A stretch of 54,449 bases of DNA, counting the filler, from Stramenopiles sp. TOSAG23-3 (lineage: Eukaryota), in NCBI GenBank assembly GCA_900128585.1. It is 4 parts of 4 records of this genome, joined end to end, with 100 filler letters (N's around TTAATTAATTAA, not from the genome) between each part and the next. Parts side by side here need not be neighbours in the genome. Positions count along the whole stretch, not along the records: positions 1 to 13,574 come from LT642620.1; positions 13,675 to 27,228 come from LT642621.1; 2 more parts are not named here. One strand, written 5' to 3'. Made by a program: the position numbers and the translations under genes. Of this stretch, positions 10,282 to 19,532 are shown in pieces. Every line of letters starts with the position of its first letter. Position 1 is the stretch's first letter. The notes under the pieces were generated by a model. The model did no database searches, was not told the origin of the DNA, and saw only the letters and a list, made by a program, of their open reading frames with translations.

Positions 10282-11019
10282 ATGTATAGTGGTTTGAACG
10301 GCAGTGGGGCCGAGAAGGCGAATTGTTGTGAGTTCATTGAGGACTTGATTTATGGGGTAACTCCGGAGAAGCTGCAACAACGGGCGTTTTACAGGAAGAA
10401 TCTGCCAATGTTGAGAGAGGGTGGGTGTTTTAAAATTTGCAAACACCGAAAAACGAAGCACAATACTACGGCAACAAACGTGTCGTCATTTTTAGGTAGT
10501 ATGTTTAGCGGGGGGGCGGACAAGAAGCTGAGCACGTCGGGCCACGGGAAAGCAAGTCAAGGGGAGGGTGTGTGGGTGTCTTTAATAGACGAAGACACTG
10601 TGCTAGAGTGGAAAACGTTAGCAAATGAGAATAACGAGCCGAAAGCTTCTAGACACATACCCATGCACACCATTAGCAGAACCGTGGCAAGCAAGGCAGG
10701 GTCGGAGAACGACGACGAAGCGCGCAAACGCCGGTTGACGGTTGAAGACAAGAACGGTGACGTAATTTTGGAATTGGAGGCTGATTCAGCTGTCGAGAGG
10801 GACTTGTGGGTCGAGGCCATGGAAAACGCTTTGGAAGTGCTGAAACCGGACCTTGAGAAGGAGAGGCGGGGGGTTGACAGGTCTCTTCAGTTGCAACAAA
10901 AGCGGTTGGACATAGTAGACCGTGACCGTGCAAGGCAGGAACGAAAGCGGAAGCTTACGAAAGGCAGCAAGTTGGGGATGAAATATACCGCGCAGGCAAT
11001 GGCGCGTGCTAGCACGTAA
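10282..11019 (+). CDS. PH-like domain protein with C-terminal coiled coil
   Basis: MLREGG.F..., VWVSL....LEWK and the C-terminal PH helix LELEADSAVERDLWVEAMENAL. Confidence 0.7.
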   Translation: MYSGLNGSGAEKANCCEFIEDLIYGVTPEKLQQRAFYRKNLPMLREGGCFKICKHRKTKHNTTATNVSSFLGSMFSGGADKKLSTSGHGKASQGEGVWVSLIDEDTVLEWKTLANENNEPKASRHIPMHTISRTVASKAGSENDDEARKRRLTVEDKNGDVILELEADSAVERDLWVEAMENALEVLKPDLEKERRGVDRSLQLQQKRLDIVDRDRARQERKRKLTKGSKLGMKYTAQAMARAST

Positions 11020-11231
11020 CAAAAGTTTGTCTGTTGTGAGTTTGAGTCGGGGGTTTACAAAAGTACTTTGTGCGTAAATAGTTAGAAAGAGAGATTAAAA
11101 CATCATACCACGTACAGATATTCACTGGGCAAACTCCGCCGGTTCATTTTACACCATTTTACAAACCAGGCGCCCCGCGGCCGGTTCTCATGCACCCCAC
11201 ACATGAACGCCCCCCGGTCGCCCGCCACGTT

Positions 11232-13091
11232 TCAACTTTTGACGCGCTCGTCGAGCAAACTCGCGCACGACTTTGCCAGATTTTTATACTCTGCCAACAA
11301 ATCCGCAACGTCGAGCACTTTCAAATCTTCTATTTTGTAATCCATGAACCGGAACCTTCGTGCCTTCCAAGCCGCGATTTCGTCGGCACCCTTTGTCTGG
11401 ACTTTTGGGGAAAGGCGCGGTGGCCCGTGCGGGAACTGCACCTGCCTCTCTTCGTACATGGCGGTGGCCCTGGGCGCGGACGCCGTGGCGCCGGCCCGCG
11501 ACGCCTGCGCTGTTCCGCCGCGGCTGGACGCTGGCGGCGGAGCTGCCACAGGGTCGTTATCCAGGCCCGCCTGGCATTTCGCCATCCCTGCCTCAAAATC
11601 GCCCTTTGTTATGGTCAACGATTCGTACGTGGCGTTCTCCACGAACGTCACCGCAGAGTACAAATTCGTGTACCAGTACCCCGGCTCGGACAACATTTTG
11701 TCCGGGTTCCGGAAACAGTCTATGTACTCCAAATTCGATCTTAAATTTTCTGGGTTGGCTTTCAACACTACGTAAATCAGAGCAGGCAAAAATTCGTCAG
11801 CCCCGGGGAGTTTCTCGTCCGCGTCCGCGCGCGCGTCGTTCAAGAGCTGGCTGATGACTTTGCAGCAATTCAGCAAGCATACCATTTTGTCGCGCGGCGC
11901 TTTGTAGCTGTCCATCTTTCGCAGCTCGGACATGGCCAAGGTCCAAGTCGCAGTCATTCTGGGCCCCGTTTCGGCCCCGTTGATGTCGAGGTGCACAAAA
12001 TCGACAAACCCCAAAGTCCGGATGCGCCTGGATAGTTCCCGGTCCGCTTCCCTGTCCCTGTCTCGAGGGCAAAAGACAACCTCGTATATCTTGCTCATCA
12101 GAAATTTCTCCAACCCTTCCACCGTATTTTCCCACTCCTCCTCCCCCTCCGACTTCCAGTGGTCGCTGGACTGCATTCGCCGCTCCGTCTGCTTCAAGAA
12201 CCCCCGCACCCGGCTCCCCATGTCCTCCCGCGCCGGCGGCTCCCGGGCAGGGTCTTTGTGCTCCCGCATGGTCCCCATGACGAACGATTTGACACTCTTT
12301 ACAATTTCAGACGCTAGCGGGTTCTTCATTTTCTCTTTGAAGACTTTGTAATTGAACGGCTTCGCCTTTTTGGGGGCCTTCATGCCCTCCTTTTTCGACT
12401 CCGACTTGCTATCCGCGCCCGAGGTTGCCGGGCGCGTGTCGAACCGGTTCAAAAACCCGAACAAACGGTTCGTAGATTCTAATATTCCTTTTCCCCCCTC
12501 AACGTCTGCCGCCGCTTTCACGGTTCCCGGCTTCAAATTCCTCATCGCCCCCCCCGGTGCGTCCGGGGAGGCTTTCCCCGCCCGGGCGGTGTCTCCCCCG
12601 ACCTTGACTTCCGTTTTGAACACGTCCTCCAGGTCGTCCAAGTGCGCGACCTTCTTGGATAGGTTGGGGGCGGGCGGGGACGACTGCAGACTATCTTTAT
12701 CGACCCAGGCTGTTTGGTCCTTTCTCGCCTCCTTGAGCAGCTGTGCGTGCCTCATGTCGCTGAGGTTGCCAGCGGCGGTCTCGCCCGCCGTCGAACCCTC
12801 GTCCGTGCTTTCGGCGGCGGGGGGCGGGTCGGCTACTATTGCGTCGAAAAACAGGTCCGTTGCGTCGGTCACGTCACTGGGCCCCTCAAACGCGGCCCCG
12901 ATTACCGCCGGCTTGGTCTCGCTTTCAACGAAGGAGGGCATGTCGCTGCCTTCCGTGTTCTCAAAATTGGCGAACGCCGCGAACGGGCTTACGTCGCCAT
13001 CGTTCGCAGTGTCCTTGGACGCCCGGCTCTGTTCCAGGACTTCCGCCCGCTGGGATAGGAACTGTTTGCGAGCTTCGCTTTCGTCGGCCAT
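11232..13091 (-). CDS. VPS9: VPS9-domain Rab5 guanine-nucleotide exchange factor (Vps9a/Rabex-5-like)
   Basis: EGLEKFLMSKIY, YKAPRDKMVCLLNCCK, GADEFLPALIYVVLKANP (catalytic Asp) and GYWYTNLYSAV. Confidence 0.93.
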   Translation of the reverse strand: MADESEARKQFLSQRAEVLEQSRASKDTANDGDVSPFAAFANFENTEGSDMPSFVESETKPAVIGAAFEGPSDVTDATDLFFDAIVADPPPAAESTDEGSTAGETAAGNLSDMRHAQLLKEARKDQTAWVDKDSLQSSPPAPNLSKKVAHLDDLEDVFKTEVKVGGDTARAGKASPDAPGGAMRNLKPGTVKAAADVEGGKGILESTNRLFGFLNRFDTRPATSGADSKSESKKEGMKAPKKAKPFNYKVFKEKMKNPLASEIVKSVKSFVMGTMREHKDPAREPPAREDMGSRVRGFLKQTERRMQSSDHWKSEGEEEWENTVEGLEKFLMSKIYEVVFCPRDRDREADRELSRRIRTLGFVDFVHLDINGAETGPRMTATWTLAMSELRKMDSYKAPRDKMVCLLNCCKVISQLLNDARADADEKLPGADEFLPALIYVVLKANPENLRSNLEYIDCFRNPDKMLSEPGYWYTNLYSAVTFVENATYESLTITKGDFEAGMAKCQAGLDNDPVAAPPPASSRGGTAQASRAGATASAPRATAMYEERQVQFPHGPPRLSPKVQTKGADEIAAWKARRFRFMDYKIEDLKVLDVADLLAEYKNLAKSCASLLDERVKS

Positions 13092-13496
13092 GGGTGGTCG
13101 GTCGGGTTGAAAGGGTTGTTCAAAGAAAAAACAGTTATCGGACCAACAATAACAAATCAGTTCACTTTACCAATGTAGATAGATTAAAGAAAATTAATTG
13201 ACAACATGTTATTACATCATTAAATTCTTTCCTTTCTTTTAATAAAATGTTACCGACTGTGACATACTTCGTAGAAGAAATTATAGTAGAAGAAGATAGA
13301 AGAAGAAGAAGGAGAAATAAAAAATAATAATACTAAAAAAAAAACAACCATCAACAACAACTTCTTCTTTCTTCGATAAATGTAATTATAAAACCATGCT
13401 GTACCACAGTGTACACTACTATTTATTCTATTATAAAAAAGACAGTTTATTATTGTTATTTTATTGTCTCAACCAACTCACAACTAACTGATGACC

Positions 13497-13540
<44 letters not shown>

Positions 13541-13574
13541 TCGACTCTTTCTTTCTTTCTTTCTTTCTTTCTTT
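13497..13574 (+). repeat. (TTTC)n microsatellite at scaffold end
   Basis: Directly visible. It abuts the N linker. Confidence 0.9.
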
Positions 13575-13674
13575 NNNNNNNNNNNNNNNNNNNNNNNNNN
13601 NNNNNNNNNNNNNNNNNNTTAATTAATTAANNNNNNNNNNNNNNNNNNNNNNNNNNNNNNNNNNNNNNNNNNNN
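13575..13674. other. Artificial scaffold-joining linker (N44-TTAATTAATTAA-N44)
   Basis: Exactly 100 bp, with a 12-mer giving stops in all six frames. Identical copies at 27229-27328 and 40851-40950. Confidence 0.97.
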
Positions 13675-14051
13675 CTACACAGCAAGAAGAAATATAAATA
13701 TTTATTATTCTATAATAAATAATATCTCTTTTCCCTTTTTCCTTCTTTTCCTTTTCCTTCTTTTCCTTTTCTTCCTTCTTTTCTTCCTTTTCCTTCTTTT
13801 TTTATTTCTTCTTCTTATTTCTACAAAAAAAAACAGAGGAGAAGAAGAAGATTTTAAAAAAAAAATGGTTCCTTGTTGTTACTTATGTTGATTCATGACT
13901 TCAGTAGGAGATGATCGCGTTGTTGAATGGAAATGTACACTTCGTGAATGTGTTTTCTTTACCATATATCAGGGTCGAAACAACAAACAGTTCAAATTAC
14001 TACTAAAATTTCCGCTGGAATACCAATTTCTCTCGCAGTAACTGTAGTGCC

Positions 14052-15884
14052 ATGACTTATCTTCGCGAATTTTGTTCTGTGTTTTTCGCAGTTTCCTTTG
14101 CAGTGTCGGCTTCGGCAGGCCATCCCTTCCTGCACGCACCTTTTTTCGGCGACGCGAGCGTGTTTGACTCGTTTGGATCAAGTGGTGGAACGCTTGGCTT
14201 TGCAAAGGTCAAATTGGCCGTTGCGGAGGTTAATGGTGAGTTTGGTGCAGACCGTGCAACACTGTCGGTGTCCGTTGTTCCGCAAACGCGAAACATTCGA
14301 GTGGCCTGGTCGAATATCCAGAAGCCGTCCAAAGACGACCTCATAGTTTTGACTTGCTCAGACCGACCGTCGTGGTCTTTGAACGAGGGGTTCGATGCCG
14401 TAAAGGTGTCGTTTTCAGGGCATCAGGCAAAGGGTTTTGGGTCCGTGGACCTGCCGAACCGCACCGTTCTACCGGACATTCGCTGCCAGTACATTTTTCG
14501 CTACGTTCGGCACGACGGCAACGTCGGCACTGTTCTCGCCGAAGGAGAGCTTCGCCAGAGCTTTGGCTTACGGCCCAACCAGGTCCACCTTGCTTTTACT
14601 GCAGCACGCGACGAAATGTTGGTGACATGGGTCACTGGTGATTCCAAGCAGACACCACAAGTCAAATGGGGGCTCGGGTCGGGGAATTACACGCATACCA
14701 CCAGTGGAACGTCCAGCACATACTCTGCAGCAATGCTGTGCAATGCGCCGGCAAATACCACAGGCCCCACAAAATTCATCGACCCCGGCCATTTCCACCG
14801 TGTCGTGCTGACGGGCCTTCCCTTGAGTTCAACGATCTATTACGTTGTGGGCAACGACGAGCACGGCTGGAACAAAGAGAAATCATTTCGCTCTCGCCTT
14901 CCAGAAGACAAAGATTCTGTGAAGTTTATCATGTACGCCGACCAAGCTCTCCCGGTCCCGTTAGCTGGCAAGGCATGGCGAATGACGAAGCAGGTCGTGC
15001 GCGACCTAGATGCGGGCTACAACGGGTTTTTGCTTCACCCTGGCGACCTTGGGTATGCAGAAGGGTCTGGGGCGATCTGGGACGTGTGGGGGGGGCTGGT
15101 GGAGCCGATCACGTCACGCGTTGCCTATGAAGTTACAGTCGGAAACCACGAGTACGACCACGTTGGGCTGAAGGCTGACCCATCCGGCGCCCCAGCTGGT
15201 GGCTGGCACCCGCAAGAAGGCGAAAGCCCAGAGCCATGGGGAAACATGGGCGACGATTCCCAGGGGGAATGTGCCGTACCAATCGTAGCCCGTTTCAATG
15301 GAACCGGTAACGGCAATGGGCTCTTCTGGTACTCGTTTGAAGAAGGCGGGGTCCATGTGGTGGTATTATCCAGCGAACACGATTGGAGAGTGGGTTCTCG
15401 GCAGTACAAATGGCTCGAAGCTGACCTGCAGTCAGTCAACAAGAAAGTTACGCCATGGATTGTCCTGGCGACCCACCGTATGATGTACACCACCCAGCTC
15501 AAAGAAGAAGCGGACTACAAGGTCAGCCTTGCATTTCGAAAAAACGTAGAGCCATTGCTGAACAAGTACAAGGTCAACCTGATGCTTGTTGGTCACCAAC
15601 ACAGTTACGAGAGGTCATGCCCAGTCAGCAATGGAACATGCGTCGAGGACGGGGCCAGCGGGACAACCCACCTCTGCGTTGGGTCAGCAGGAGCGAACAA
15701 GGAGAAGGGCGGCTTCTCCCCAAAATTTGGGAACTACTCCGTGAAACACCTGGACGATTATGGCTACATTCGTGTTGATTCCAACAGCACCAGGATGTTT
15801 GTTGAATTTGTTCGAACAAACAAGCACGATAACGTTCCTGCAGGAGAAGTCTGGGATTCTGTAGAGATTTTACCATGGGTGTAA
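14052..15884 (+). CDS. Secreted purple acid phosphatase (FN3 + metallophosphoesterase)
   Basis: Signal peptide, then PNQVHLAF..MLVTW. Metal-ligand motifs YADQ, GDLGYA, GNHE, VLATHR and GHQHSYER. Confidence 0.93.
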   Translation: MTYLREFCSVFFAVSFAVSASAGHPFLHAPFFGDASVFDSFGSSGGTLGFAKVKLAVAEVNGEFGADRATLSVSVVPQTRNIRVAWSNIQKPSKDDLIVLTCSDRPSWSLNEGFDAVKVSFSGHQAKGFGSVDLPNRTVLPDIRCQYIFRYVRHDGNVGTVLAEGELRQSFGLRPNQVHLAFTAARDEMLVTWVTGDSKQTPQVKWGLGSGNYTHTTSGTSSTYSAAMLCNAPANTTGPTKFIDPGHFHRVVLTGLPLSSTIYYVVGNDEHGWNKEKSFRSRLPEDKDSVKFIMYADQALPVPLAGKAWRMTKQVVRDLDAGYNGFLLHPGDLGYAEGSGAIWDVWGGLVEPITSRVAYEVTVGNHEYDHVGLKADPSGAPAGGWHPQEGESPEPWGNMGDDSQGECAVPIVARFNGTGNGNGLFWYSFEEGGVHVVVLSSEHDWRVGSRQYKWLEADLQSVNKKVTPWIVLATHRMMYTTQLKEEADYKVSLAFRKNVEPLLNKYKVNLMLVGHQHSYERSCPVSNGTCVEDGASGTTHLCVGSAGANKEKGGFSPKFGNYSVKHLDDYGYIRVDSNSTRMFVEFVRTNKHDNVPAGEVWDSVEILPWV

Positions 15885-16523
15885 TAAGTAAACTAACTGT
15901 ATGACACATGCACCACCAAAATCGTTGTGTTGTTAAAAATTATTATACTACCGTACCTAGACTATCTACAAGGTTCCGGTAAATGAAATAGAAAAGAAAG
16001 ATAATAATAATAAATTAATTGATCCTCGTGCTCTCGATGCTGTGATGATGGATATATAATAATTTGAGAAGATATAATAATAGAATGATCTTCGAATACA
16101 ATATTTTATAAAAAAAAAATATTTTTTATTTCATCATTTTTTGTTTGTTTTTTTTTTGGTTTTGCTGTGGAGGCTTTCATTCTTNNNNNNNNNNNNNNNN
16201 NNNNNNNNNNNNNNNNNNNNNNNNNNNNNNNNNNNNNNNNNNNNNNNNNNNNNNNNNNNNNNNNNNNNNNNNNNNNNNNNNNNNNNNNNNNNNNNNNNNN
16301 NTAGAAGAAGGAAAAAAAAAAGAAGAAGAAGTAAGAAAAAAAAAGGATGTATGAATAGTAAATAATGTAAGCATTATTACTCATAGATTTTCGACGTACA
16401 TCAAAAACATGTGTGTGTGACACAGACCAATTTGTTTTTCAAATTTTTCCGTAAGCGATTGTCTTTGTAAGCAATACTTGACAGTCGAAGGAAAGTGTTG
16501 CATTTTTTCTGGCCCGTTTTGGA

Positions 16524-17660
16524 ATGTTATCTGGCAGCAGCTCAATACCGGTCCGCCTGCGCCGGCCCTGCGGCGAAACTAGCGTTATGGCAACGTCACG
16601 CAACGATAGAGGGGATGGGTCTTTGGGGAAAATTACCCGGCGGTTAGGAGTTCAGATGTCATCAGCATGCATCGGGTCGGTCATAACGTCTCTTCTTGTC
16701 ACTCCGTTGGACGTAGTGAAGATTCGAATGCAAGCCATGGAAAGCGCGCTGGAAGTTATGAACACCGTTGCACTGTCCCCTGCCTCGTGCAAAAGGTGCT
16801 CCCATTACTCGTTCAGCAACGGACTCATGGAGCACGTATTTCACAAGAGTTTTTGCACCCATTTTGCAAACGACGCGCTGCAGGGCGAGCTCGGTTCCCA
16901 GTCTACCATCAGCAGGGTAATGGGGCGCATAGTTCGGAAAGAGGGTTTTGCCGCACTCTGGGACGGGCTTGCGCCGACGTTGGTCATGGCAGTGCCGAAC
17001 ACCATCATTTATATGGTCCTCTACGATGAATTTTCCCACAATTACTTGCCATCGTGGGGGTTTTCGACTACATCGTCCGCCATAGTGGCCGGTGGCTTTT
17101 CGAGGCTCGTCGCCGGGACCGTCGTGGCTCCTTTTGAACTGATTCGTACCCAGATGCAGTCCAGCGCGTCGGAGGCGAACATGGGCATGACCAGGAAACT
17201 GTTGAAAAATGTGAGGAGCAACGGGTTCGCGTCGCTGTACAGGGGGTTGAAGCCCACGCTGTGGCGGGATGTGCCCTTCAGCGTACTCTACTGGAGCTTT
17301 TATGAGAGGTTTCGTGAAATGCTCGATGTTGTCGATAACTTGTTTTTGAGATCGTTCCTAGCAGGCGCGAGCGCCGGCAGCATAGCCGCATTTGCCACCA
17401 CGCCGTTCGACGTTATAAAGACGCGGCAACAGGTGGATATCTTCCAAGAAGGAAACCCCGTGCCCTTTGTGAAGAAAGACAATGTCCCAAAGGGGACGTT
17501 TGAATTGGCATCAAAGATTACACGAGAGGAGGGGATTCCAAGGCTTTTTACTGGCGTCACGCCACGAGTCGTCAAGGTCGCGCCAGCTTGTGCAATAATG
17601 ATCGCCACTTACGAAATAGGAAAGTCGTACTTTGGTGTGGAAACGTACGACAGCGAGTGA
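16524..17660 (+). CDS. SLC25A40: Mitochondrial carrier, SLC25A39/40 (Mtm1)-like
   Basis: Three carrier motifs PLDVVKIRMQ, PFELIRTQMQ and PFDVIKTRQQ. Cys-containing loop with NGLMEH. RDVPFS and KVAPACAIMI are typical of this subfamily. The true start may be the ATG at MATSR. Confidence 0.9.
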   Translation: MLSGSSSIPVRLRRPCGETSVMATSRNDRGDGSLGKITRRLGVQMSSACIGSVITSLLVTPLDVVKIRMQAMESALEVMNTVALSPASCKRCSHYSFSNGLMEHVFHKSFCTHFANDALQGELGSQSTISRVMGRIVRKEGFAALWDGLAPTLVMAVPNTIIYMVLYDEFSHNYLPSWGFSTTSSAIVAGGFSRLVAGTVVAPFELIRTQMQSSASEANMGMTRKLLKNVRSNGFASLYRGLKPTLWRDVPFSVLYWSFYERFREMLDVVDNLFLRSFLAGASAGSIAAFATTPFDVIKTRQQVDIFQEGNPVPFVKKDNVPKGTFELASKITREEGIPRLFTGVTPRVVKVAPACAIMIATYEIGKSYFGVETYDSE

Positions 17661-17801
17661 AGGTATATCGTGTGCGTTCAAAAAAAATAGTATTTGATGC
17701 CATACAAAATTCATGTGAAACTCTACTGTTATATTTACTCATCTGATTACATTGTTGTATATCTCTCTTGTTTTTAGTTTTCTATCCCCCGCCCTCTCTC
17801 T

Positions 17802-18737
17802 CTAGTCACACTTCATTGGGTTGTGGGGAATGTTCATCGCGTACAAGGAGAACAACAAGCGGCCAACAAGAACAAGGAGGAGACAGACAGACATCCAAAC
17901 GTAATTGCGCACGAAAAATGTATGCCCCCGGTCTGGTAAGGGTGGCATGAACGCCGGGCCAAGCAAGAGGCCGGTCACAAATCCACCAACGTGCCCAAAG
18001 TTGTCCACGGCCGGCGTAAGGGCTCCACTAACAAAAGACAGTGCGGCGACGAGCACAGAAAACATGCACAAGGCACGAAATAGCTGAATGTCATCACGGT
18101 CGCCGTCCTGCCAACAAAAACAGCTAGGGGAGAGAAACTTCAACCAGATCATGAACAAGAATGCGCACAAAACGCCAACTAAGCCCAACACCGCGCAGGA
18201 GGCACCTATCGTCAGTATCTGTGGGTCCCCCACGGCCGAAAACAGAACCCCACCTATGCTGCTGATCACGTACAAGAGAAACAGGCGAAAGCTGCCTTTG
18301 CTATTTATTTCCCCTTGGAACACTTGCAGGGACAGCTCCGACGCGCTCAAGGCCTTCTCTACCAAAAACCCAATGTAAATCTGGCACATGATGTTCGACA
18401 GGATGTGAAACAGACCACCGTGAAGAAATAGAGGCATGACTAGCCTGTAATACTGGTGCTCGTGGAGGATGTTTGACGTCCATTTCGCACCGAGGATGTA
18501 CAGTGCGCACGGGGGTGGCTCCAAAAATTTGTCCAAGGAAAGGTTGGCCTTCTCCTTCCGTATCAGCAAAGACAACACAAAGAAGCCCAACTCCACAAAA
18601 GTTATGACAACGGTAAAAGACCAACATTTAAAGAAGGGCGGGACCATCATCTCTGACATCGTAAGTTCGTCATCGTATTCGTCCCCATTGTCGCCCCGCG
18701 CAACGGGGAGGTAGTTCTTTCTATTCCCAGTACTCAT
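17802..18737 (-). CDS. Rhomboid intramembrane serine protease
   Basis: YYRLVMPLFLHGGLFHILSN, catalytic GAS (TIGASC) and catalytic His in DNFGHVGGFVTG. Confidence 0.92.
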   Translation of the reverse strand: MSTGNRKNYLPVARGDNGDEYDDELTMSEMMVPPFFKCWSFTVVITFVELGFFVLSLLIRKEKANLSLDKFLEPPPCALYILGAKWTSNILHEHQYYRLVMPLFLHGGLFHILSNIMCQIYIGFLVEKALSASELSLQVFQGEINSKGSFRLFLLYVISSIGGVLFSAVGDPQILTIGASCAVLGLVGVLCAFLFMIWLKFLSPSCFCWQDGDRDDIQLFRALCMFSVLVAALSFVSGALTPAVDNFGHVGGFVTGLLLGPAFMPPLPDRGHTFFVRNYVWMSVCLLLVLVGRLLFSLYAMNIPHNPMKCD

Positions 18738-19532
18738 TCCCAGGCGGACGGGCACGACAGACGTACTCCACGAGTATCACACGATTGTTCGGGTAGACTA
18801 GTTTCTGTGCGCGTACACAAAACCTCGAACGTGTAACAATTTTTCTATGCTCTGCGCCTCCCTTTTATATCAAATACGTATACTTTCTTTCTCGTTTCTT
18901 TCTCATTTTTAAAATTGTTAACATTTCTCAAAATTAAAATACTTCAATTGAGAAGAAGATGGTGTTGAATGAAGAAGAATTATTTTTTTAAAAATATTTT
19001 TTCTGTGTTGATGATGTGTAATGGATCTTGCTATTTGCTTGTGTACGTTGGTTTTTATACTTATCACGTATTCTTAATTATAAACATACCTATATACTAT
19101 AAAATACGAGGAGTAGTGCTCAAAAAGAGAAAAAAAGAAGCCGTTTCTTTTTCTCATTTTTTGTAGAGTTTTTCCCTCTCCTCCAGTATTTTAATACCAA
19201 GTTAGAGGTATTATATAATAATAAACTATTAGGCAGCACGCAATCTAGTCCAGTACCAGGTACCTCCTATCTAGTAAGTAGCGGGGGGCAGCTCTCTTCT
19301 TTTTGGGTTGTATTACAACCGGTACTTCGTACGAGAACTGAGACGTTCTTCTTCTTATTCGTCTACATCAATGACAATAAGATGCATCCTTTGCATTCTC
19401 CACCACAGTCCTGATCAAAGGATAAGGTTACAAATTGTTTTGTGCTAAGAGGGGCACACGTTTGCCGAGGGTTTGGTCGTTAGCGAGCAGGGAAGAAACA
19501 CGGTGGAGACGAGTCAGTTGCGTTTTCCAGCC

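Noticed and set aside
12352-13110. Long antisense or alternative-frame ORFs over VPS9, EFHC, PAP, FAH (35372-35998) and TPC (49330-50022)
   Set aside because: They are entirely overlapped by well-supported genes in GC-rich coding DNA.
13619-13630. Palindromic TTAATTAATTAA repeated three times at ~13.6 kb spacing
   Set aside because: It is an artificial linker embedded in N runs, not a biological periodic element.
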